This document shows, piece by piece, positions 55,776 through 64,000 of a stretch of DNA of 64,000 bases. A program made the position numbers and the translations under genes. The stretch spans positions 63,736,001-63,800,000 of the forward strand of contig OX597831.1 of the NCBI GenBank assembly GCA_951406725.2, written 5' to 3'. Position 1 is the first letter of the stretch. Each line of letters opens with the position of its first letter. Source of the DNA: Octopus vulgaris (lineage: Eukaryota). The notes below the pieces were generated by a model that saw nothing but the letters and a program-made list of their open reading frames with translations, was not told the origin of the DNA and did not search any database.

Positions 55776-56461
55776 TGTAGAAGAGTGTTGAAATTGTTTG
55801 AAGAAAGACAGCAAACAACATTTTTGTAAACAGTTTTTCAAGATACGTTCCTATTCCTAACGTCAGATGCTTTCTGTCATTTTGAAATAGGAAATAAAAA
55901 AAACTAAAAGCAAACCCTGCTCAAAAACACATCACCTATGAGGTGTTTTTGAATTATATTCCCTCTTTGATTTTGGGCCACTGAAAAATTTATGTGTTTA
56001 TTTTACATATAAACACATTTTCCTGACTTCCTTTATTGTATGCCATTTTTTTTTTTTTTTTTTTTTTTCACAACCTCCAAAACCGAAGTCAAACTAAAGA
56101 GCCTTTGAACATTGGTCTCAATGATAATAGAATTCTATATAATTTGAAGCAGAAAACTTTCATTGTCAACTTGATGAAAAAAAAAAAATGTTGTTTGTAC
56201 GAATAAATAGAAAATATAGATGCACTCTCTTGGAAGTTTTCAATTTCTCTTCATTGGTATGTGCAGATATATATATATATACATATATATAATATACATG
56301 TGTATGTGTGTGTGTTTGTGTGTATGTATACATGTGTGTATATGTATATATGTATATATATGTATACATTTATATATATGTATATCTATATATATGTAAA
56401 TTCTCACTATATATATATATATATATATATTCTCACTATATATATATATATGCACACACAT

Positions 56462-56507
<46 letters not shown>

Positions 56508-56953
56508 GTATATAGTTTATTTTGGATTATTGTTTATGTATTTTATTTGTAATTTTTGATAAATGCATTGTTTTGTTATTTTGTTTTATTGAATATTTCT
56601 GGTAAGTACATTTTCTCTGCCGCTGTATAAACTTTTGTATATTCTTTTGTGTTTTTTGTGTGTGTATAGAAGTATATGAATGTGTGTGTGAGTGTGTGTG
56701 TGTATGTGTGATATTTACGTATGCAACTGTGAAATGTATGTATGTACATATGTATGTATATATATATATGTGTATATATAATATAATTATATATATTATA
56801 TTATATAGTCACAAGCATGACTATGTTTGGTCTGGAACCATGTGGTTTGGGTTTCAATCTCACTGCATGGATATTATCTGCTGGTATCCTTTCCTTATCC
56901 AGTGACCTATAACTTGCGAGTGAAATATGTTAGACAGAAGCCGGAAAGAAACT

Positions 56954-57012
<59 letters not shown>

Positions 57013-57264
57013 GAATAAGGGTAGAAATTGATATTAATCAATTAAAACCAGTGGCCTAGCATATTAAAAAAATCCGAAGATTAAAATATTTTTTACAAAC
57101 AGAATTTAAAGGACTGACCACTAAAAGTGGACGGTCAACATGCTAGATATAGACGTCAAAATCGCTATTTTCCACAAAGAATGTGTTCCCAATAAAAACT
57201 CAGCACCAACCAAAGTGTTAAAAATAAGCAAGACAAATGAAAATATACGAAATAATCACAATTA

Positions 57265-57341
57265 CCTGTGTACCGATCAGTTTCGATTGTTAATATCCAC
57301 GCATATGGATACATGGAAATCTGCAATCTCGTCAGCATAGT
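57265..57341 (-). ncRNA. Type-I hammerhead ribozyme motif, canonical core, extended stem II
   Basis: Minus strand: ACUAUG-CUGACGA-GAUUG[...UAUCCA(UAUGCG)UGGAUA...]CAAUC-GAAA-CUGAUCGG-UA-CACAGG. Lies within a ~57010-57370 repeat. Confidence 0.7.
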
Positions 57342-57392
57342 CTGTCGTATAGAAATACAATCTGCAGGATTACATATATATATATATATAGC

Positions 57393-57636
57393 GTGGAATG
57401 TGTTTATAAGCCATTTAAGAAACACACAAAACCGTTAGATTCACTTCAACATTTAAATTTAATTTGTCGAAATATTTTCGTCGCTTTGAGACCACGACCT
57501 GTTCACTGAAAATATTTTGTCAGTGAACAGGTCGCAGTCTCAAAGCGACGAAAATATTTTGACAAATTAAATTTAAATGTTGAAGTGAATCTAACGGTTT
57601 TGTGTGTTTCTTAAATGGCTTATAAACACCTTCCAC
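57393..57636. repeat. Near-perfect 244-bp palindrome (117-bp arms) made of two head-to-head hammerhead-bearing units
   Basis: 57393-57509 pairs with 57520-57636 with about 4 mismatches. Confidence 0.93.
57516..57566 (+). ncRNA. Minimal hammerhead-like motif with G3:C8 swapped core (mirror copy on the minus strand at ~57463-57512)
   Basis: UUUGUCA-GUGAACA-G-GUCGC(AGUCUCAAA)GCGAC-GAAA-AUAU-UU-UGACAAA: 7-bp stem I, 5-bp stem II, palindromic AAUAUU stem III. Confidence 0.6.
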
Positions 57637-57916
57637 ACTGCAATTGTTTTTGTTCCAGCACACGATCTCAGATTATGTCACTTGCTATGCAAGTACATCT
57701 CCGTAATATATATACATGCATATATACAGACATTCATCCCACTCGTCATATATATATATATATATATATTACTGAGGTAACAAGTTAAAAGAAGCTATGT
57801 TTGGCCACTTAGAATAAAGAACTCAAAGATAAGTCAGCGAGTGAATAGATATTTAATCTATAATTGTTAGTAAAATGTTCATACACACAGGCACACGCAC
57901 ACACACACACACATAT

Positions 57917-58252
57917 ATGTGAAGATATATGGTTCAATAGTTAGAGCACGAGGCTCACATTAATGAGATAGTGGGTTCGATTCTTGAACCACTCTGTGTG
58001 TTGTGCTCTTGAGCAAGACACTTTGCTCCAGTTCACTCATCTATAGAAATGAGTTGCATCATCACTGGTACCAAGCTGTATCGGCCCCTTTGCCTTTCCC
58101 TAGGATAACATCAGTGATGTGGATAGGGGTGGTTGGTATACATGGATGACTGCTAGTCTTCCATAAACAACTTTGCCCCAACTTGTGCCTAGGAGGGAAA
58201 CTTTCTAGGTCCAATCCCATGGTCATTCATGACTGAAGGGGGTCTTTACCCT
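57917..58252 (+). mobile_element. Diverged tRNA-headed SINE (related copies at 48357-48500 and 52660-52880)
   Basis: GTTAGAGC...GGGTTCGATTC head; CTTGAGCAAGACACTT; body shared with the 52.7-kb copy. Confidence 0.7.
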
Positions 58253-58619
58253 TATATATATATATATATGTTGTAGGTAATAGTCTTAAATATGCATTTA
58301 TGTTCCAATGCAAGAAATAAATCTTTCCAAAATCTTAAAGACTCTTCAAAATGTTGAGTTTTAAAAAACACTAAATACCACAGAACCAAGTGAAACAAAT
58401 TTCCCTATGGGTGAACAAGAACGGTAGATATCAATATTTCACTGTTATTTCAGCTCATCAGCACCATATGTCAAGTCACTCTGGGAAGAAATTTAAATTT
58501 CTGGTCTGAGGTATATCTGCAAATAAGTTGAAATATATTTACTGATGTGCAATGGTGCTGCACAAGTAAGACATTACCTGGACAATGACAGTCTTCAGTA
58601 AAACTATGGTGCTGTAAGG

Positions 58620-59400
58620 TTGTCCAATAAGTCTCCTTTCAAGAATGTTCCAGACATAGTAGTCTTTGGGATTTAAATCTGGCAAGTTTGGAGGTCACAA
58701 GCTTGGTGTTACATTTTCGTAAACTTTGTCTAATATCCATTCTTGTGTTTAGTGAGCTTTGTGAGATGTTCCTGAGTTTTGCTCAAACATGTATGGTTTT
58801 CTGCTGCATATGTCATCCATTCAAGTTTTAACAACTGTCTTTACAACAGCACTGCAACATATCCAGCAGCATTAACTCTAAGACCCTGTGGAAAGATGTG
58901 AGCTTTGTATGACAAGGCCTTCATTACTAACAACTCTTAAAACCATTATAGTTGCTGGAAACCTAGCATGCATCACTCTGAGAACATCAAAAGGATCTGC
59001 ACATAATCGTCTGTCATTTCTCCTGCAAGATTGTTGGTGTAGGTAAAAGTGTTTCTCTTCAGAAAAGAAGCAAAGCATGCCATGTTCTTGAGGAATATTA
59101 ACCATGAGCATATGATTTGTACAGATCAAATGGTCTTTGCAGGCATGAATTAGCATCTTCTTAAATACATACAATTTGTATCAAATGTCCTTATGCATTT
59201 CTAATAGTCCACTCTGACACATAAAGTTCTATGGCCATAACCTTCAGTCATTTTCCAGGAACATCGTCAATAGTGTTTTGAACAATTTGGATGAATTGTT
59301 GTGTCCTTAGAGTGTCCAAAGAGTGTCTAAACATTTAGAATGTTTTTTCTCTTTGATTCTGTTGAAACATTCCAACCAGAGTCTTCCAATTCCATCCAAA
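58620..59400 (-). pseudogene. Decayed Tc1/mariner-superfamily transposase (DDD-type)
   Basis: FFSEEKHF...RRNDR...HARFPATIMVLRVVSNEG; FEQNSGTSHKA (FQQDxAPxH); L*PPNLPDLNPKDYYVW (WPPxSPDLNPxDY). Contains stops and frameshifts. Confidence 0.85.
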
Positions 59401-59434
59401 CTTTATTTTTAATCTTTTAATTATTTCCGCCATC

Positions 59435-59650
59435 GTATTGCTGTCATGTTGGGGCACCAACTCGATGGGATTAATTGAGCACATCAGACCCAGTACTTAC
59501 CTTTTTTTAGGTCTCTTTTTGCTGAACCACTAAGTTATGGATTATGGACACAGAAACAAACAAACACCATGTGTCAAATAGTGGCAGAGGACAAATACAA
59601 ACATAACACAAATACACACACACAGAGTCTTAATTTACAAATTTTTGATA

Positions 59651-59687
<37 letters not shown>

Positions 59688-59870
59688 TTATACATATATT
59701 ACAAAATATACATATATTACAAAATTCCCTCACATGGCTTTAGCTGATCCAGGTTTATGGTTCTACCAAAGATTTGGGTCAACTAAATCCTTGACACTTG
59801 CCTAAGGTGGGCCTGAACCAGGAACCATGTGTTTGGAAAGCGAACTCCTTACCACACAGATACTCCTGGT
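59435..59870 (-). mobile_element. Old SINE family A copy
   Basis: GGTCTCTTTTGCTGAACCACTAAGTTA...GACACTTGCCTAAGG...GGAACCATGTG. Confidence 0.65.
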
Positions 59871-60075
59871 TTTGCAATATTTACAAAGTTGGCAGTTTCT
59901 AAATCATTGTGTTCTGCATATATGACAACAAGAACTGCATATCTTGTCATTTCTTTTGATACTAAATTTCATCTGCCTTGAAGGGTTTGGGAGAAATACA
60001 AACCTCTTAACTGATTTGAAGAGAGTAAAATACTGATTATTAAGATCCTCAAATACTCCTTATACACTCTATATA

Positions 60076-60279
60076 TGGGAGGGTGCTGAAAATTTTCTGG
60101 CTTTGAGGAAGCCTGGTTGGAGGCCCAAGCTGAGTTCTTTTACAAAGCTTTGAAAAACTGAAGGACCACTGCAATAAGTGTGTGGATCCAAGAGAAGAAT
60201 ATGTTGAATAAAATCATAATTAACTGATCCTCCCATATTTTCTTTTAACCAACGCCAGGAATTTTTCAGTACCTTCTCG
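60076..60279. mobile_element. mariner-type MITE
   Basis: Imperfect TIRs TGGGAGGGTGCTGAAAATTTTCTGGC / GCCAGGAATTTTTCAGTACCTTCTCG, flanked by TA. Confidence 0.75.
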
Positions 60280-61048
60280 TATATATGTGTGCAAGTGTGT
60301 GTGTGTGCAAGTTTAAAGTAAGATTATATGCTGTCCAAGTAACCTTGTGTCACCATAATTCAGATTTTCATAATTTGAGTCATAGTGATATGAGGTTATT
60401 TTGTAAACACAGATAGTCTCACTTTCATCAAAAGTAGTTCACTCCACTGATTTTACATGGAGTTCTTTAATAGTAACTGTGGCATAAAATTTTCTTTATG
60501 GATTGTTTTGTGTGTGTGTGTTTATATATATATACATATAGTAATTATTTGAGGGAATATTAATCCTAACTTACAGGGAAAAAATTCAATTTAGAAATAC
60601 TAAATCAAATTTCACACGATATGATATATATATAAAAATTAGAAAAAAACACCTTTTATCAATTCAAAATGAACAATTAAATTACACCATCTAGAAAATT
60701 ACATATAATAGAAATATTAAAATTAAAATAACAATAAAATACCAATGATTAAGTAAATTGCAAAAAAATAATAAAAACGTATATAATTGGTAGAATAATG
60801 ACATGTTTTGTGGCTACATTTAAGAAATGATTATAGTAAAAAAATTAATTGTAGTAGTAAAATCACTTCGATTTTATATGTATATATATGTATACATATA
60901 TATACATATATATAAAGATACATTCATACATACATTTGTGTATATGGGTGCATGTGTGTTTGTGTATGTGTGTGTATTAAACATTGAAAAATGTATTAAA
61001 ACTTTCTTGTTAATGTCAGTTATTTTTCCTTACTATTATTGCTAACAG

Positions 61049-61423
61049 AGGATATTGGTGAGCTTGTGTTAACAGTTGGTACAACAGAAATCACTGCCAA
61101 AAATTCAGGAAAGAGTGTAAATATTCCTGAGACAGGTCAGAAATTTGTTTGTAGAACAAGAGGCAGCAACCCCAAACCAATAATTCATTTTTATTTGGAT
61201 GGTAAGGATATGAAAAATGAGTGGGAACCGGCAGACATATCCAGCTATGTTAGAGTTACATCTGGTGCCAAAAGTGGTGTAAGATCTCACTCCAGCGAGC
61301 TGGTAGCTGAAGGTAAAGTTCTCATCAAGAAATCCAACAAAGTTAGAAGTCTGTCCTGTACAGCTGAAATGGAGGGAAGTGCCTTTAAAGTGAAAACTGT
61401 TACTGCCAATATTTCTTTTGCTT
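61049..61423 (+). CDS. Internal coding exon C (complete second, C2-set-like Ig domain)
   Basis: Acceptor taacAG (61047-48); donor T|GTAAGT at 61424; 375 nt, phase 1-1, in frame with exon B (C+AG=Gln). FVCRTRGSNPKPIIHFYLDG...LSCTAEM matches the C-x-x-x-GSNPxPxIxW(F)xxDG...LxCxA pattern of nephrin/Kirre/CADM/Sidestep-type C2 domains. Confidence 0.9.
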
Positions 61424-61619
61424 GTAAGTTTACAGTTCTCTTCTTTCTTCAGATTAACATTCATGATAGTGACATGTCTTATAATGTTAGCAAACTGGTT
61501 TTTGTTTGGTTGGAACTAAATTAAATGAGAAGCAATATTTGATGGATTTAAAATTAAGTAAATATTTTTTTTCTTCAAACCTTACAATGCTTATCAAAAA
61601 TAGTTTTATTCTGTTGTTA

Positions 61620-61985
61620 TCTCTATATATATAAACGGGAAAAATATCTGCGTGTGTGTCCTTTATACAAATCCACAGTTTTTCAGTTAGAGGGCTTGCA
61701 CTTTCTATGGTCATTCAAAACCGTCCAAGGGTGGTCGTGCACATCTTTACATTTCCCCAGTCACCCCGCAAAGCCATTAAAACATCAATAGAAGTGAATT
61801 TTTTTGTGAATTTTTAATCCAAAACCCAATCAAAATGCCCGAAATTTGATATGCCAATTGAATGCCAGCTAGCTGTATGTGATTGGTCAGAGATTTGGAC
61901 AGTACTCGCGTGCATGTGTGCACACACGCAGTTGTATATGTATGCACTAGCACTACGACCCAGCGTTGCCGGGTCATAGTACTAA
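61620..61985 (+). mobile_element. Non-autonomous Helitron (second family)
   Basis: A|TCTCTATATATATAAA start; hairpin GACCCAGCGTTGCCGGGTC (61957-75); CTAA|T (CTRR) end. Confidence 0.8.
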
Positions 61986-62383
61986 TATCTTATAATTTAG
62001 TAACACTTTTCATTGATATAATTCTCCACTTGATTTTTTGGTGGGGTTGTAATTTATATCCATCATGTACCAGGTTTAACTCTACAACTTGACCTTTGGG
62101 TACCTTTAGCAAGGTCAACTTTGTTGTAAGCATTTGAGCAAGATTTTTGATATAAATGTAGCTTTGTCCTTTCTTCCAAACAGTCTTAGAAGCCTGAAAA
62201 ATGTTATGGGTGCTGCCCTTCCTCCTCTGAGCCTTGTGAAATAAAAGCAAAAACGCATTATTTGTTTAACTTAATGGAAATAGAACGACCTGTGGTCTGT
62301 ATTCATATAATCTCTGGCAAACTCTTTATATGTATTCTGTTAAGTCTACACCTGTAGTCTCACCTGTCTCAATGATACCCTCC

Positions 62384-62460
<77 letters not shown>

Positions 62461-62592
62461 CTTATCCTTTCTTCTTACTATACTATATTAAGGATGGTAG
62501 TGGACTTCTCCTTCTTATTGTACTCTACTCCCAATATAACTAGGAATGTGATTGGACTTGGCTGACCCTCCCCACTCTGTAAGAGTGTCTCT

Positions 62593-62801
62593 TAAGGTGG
62601 CGAACTGGCAGAACTTAGCAGTATTTCATCTGCCGTTACGTTCTGAGTTCAAATTCCGCCAAGGTCGACTTTGCCTTTCATCCTTTTGGGGTCGATAAAT
62701 TAAGTACCAGTTACACACTGGAGTCGATATAATCGACTTAATCCGTTTGTCTGTCCTTGTTTGTCCCCTCTATGTTTAACCCCTTGTGGGCAGTAAAGAA
62801 A

Positions 62802-62803
<2 letters not shown>
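62593..62803 (+). mobile_element. SINE family B
   Basis: Colinear with 26197-26430. Confidence 0.8.
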
Positions 62804-62855
<52 letters not shown>

Positions 62856-63151
62856 TGAATACTCAACTTTTCTCATCCTTCGTAAGTCCTATGCATAAGC
62901 AATAGTATCGCACCTATTTGCCATATTCTCTATATAAGCCTTTCTACACTACCAGTCATTATACCCTTTGTCCTCCCCTACTTACAGCCAACTCTTATAA
63001 GTATCCCACATTCACTCTTACCCTTTATCCACTTCTATTACTCACCCCAAACTCTCTTCTTCCTGCCTCAACTACATTCTCATCTCAATCACCTTGTTTA
63101 TACCAATTTTCTAACACTCCTATCATCTTCCCATCTTCGCTATTCTGCTGT

Positions 63152-63195
<44 letters not shown>

Positions 63196-63212
63196 AAACG
63201 CTCTCTTCCCCA

Positions 63213-63255
<43 letters not shown>

Positions 63256-63689
63256 AGTCACCTTACCAGTCACATGGTCCTGTCCAAACAAACGCCTCAG
63301 AGAGTAATAAAGACCCTTTAATCCCACGTAGCACAAGCTAACTTCACTAGCACACTCAGTAAAATGGTTGGCAAACAAGTGGGAATAGGAAGAAGCTGAA
63401 AGGACCCTTTAGTCTTGCCAAAGACAGGGAAAACTTTATAATGATGATGCTACAATAAAAGGTACCCAATAAACTCGGTAAACTAGTTGGTGATAAGAAA
63501 AAGATCAAACTGTGGAAACTAAACAAAAGCACCAAATGCACCACACATTTAGGAAACCAGTAGCAACTCAGAATAGGAACCAACTTGAACTGTGACAACC
63601 TGTTTACCTCATACCAATTTTGAAAGTAGCATAAAATAATAATAATAATAAAAATAAAAAAATAATAATAATAATAATAATTATGATAA

Positions 63690-63880
63690 TGGTTTCAGAT
63701 TTTGGTACAAGGCTAGCAATTTCAGGGGAGGGAGTAAATCAATTGCATTTATCCCAGGGATAAACTGGTATTTATTTCATCAACCTTGAGAGGTTGAAAG
63801 TTAAAGTTGACCTCAGTGGAACGGGAACTCAGAATGTGAAGACGGCCAAAATTGCCGAAAAGCATTTTGTCCGCTCTCCA
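63690..63880 (-). mobile_element. Diverged family B-related SINE
   Basis: CTGGTATTTATTT...GAAAGTTAAAGTTGACCTCAGTGGAA...GAACTCAGAATGT. Confidence 0.65.
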
Positions 63881-64000
63881 CCAACGATGATGATAACAAT
63901 AATGATGATGTACTTGATTGAAGTAAGAGAAGAGATTTTTAATTGTTATAATATTATAACATGATTTTAATGTTATATGTATTTTGAGTTTCCTAGTCCA

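Noticed and set aside
56560-56607. Hydrophobic stretch ending in CTG|GTAAGT (signal-peptide-like exon)
   Set aside because: No ATG before an in-frame stop in the phase-1 frame, and it lies between exons B and C, which already join in frame.
60795-60820. Minus-strand AAAACAUGUC resembling a hammerhead stem III with GUC
   Set aside because: G12 is absent and I could not find a core or stem II; too decayed to call.
61105-61464. 119-aa minus-strand ORF
   Set aside because: Antisense shadow of Ig exon C.

Overview
AT-rich animal genomic DNA, dense in microsatellites and SINEs. The repeat families look like coleoid cephalopod, probably Octopus (recognised from memory, not verified). Only one protein-coding gene is supported: three small plus-strand exons (37229-37474, 50896-51000, 61049-61423). 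All are phase 1-1 with canonical AG/GT sites and splice into 242 open codons encoding a V-set-like plus a C2-set-like immunoglobulin domain. The gene's start and end were not found. The rest is intronic or intergenic: at least four SINE families, Helitron, piggyBac-type, mariner-type and GG-terminal MITEs, decayed RTE and CR1/Jockey LINE fragments, decayed Tc1-mariner and Tigger transposases, and a 64-bp minisatellite. Nearly all ORFs in the supplied track are artefacts. The most interesting hidden signal is a set of minimal type-I hammerhead-ribozyme motifs of the kind found in Penelope-like elements and retrozymes, in at least five unrelated repeat families. They include canonical C3:G8 cores, compensatory G3:C8 and U3:A8 variants, a tandem 236-nt unit, and three long hairpins whose inversion points sit at the ribozyme. 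There is also a weaker HDV-like ribozyme candidate at the 5' end of an RTE derivative. No catalytic activity can be shown from sequence alone.
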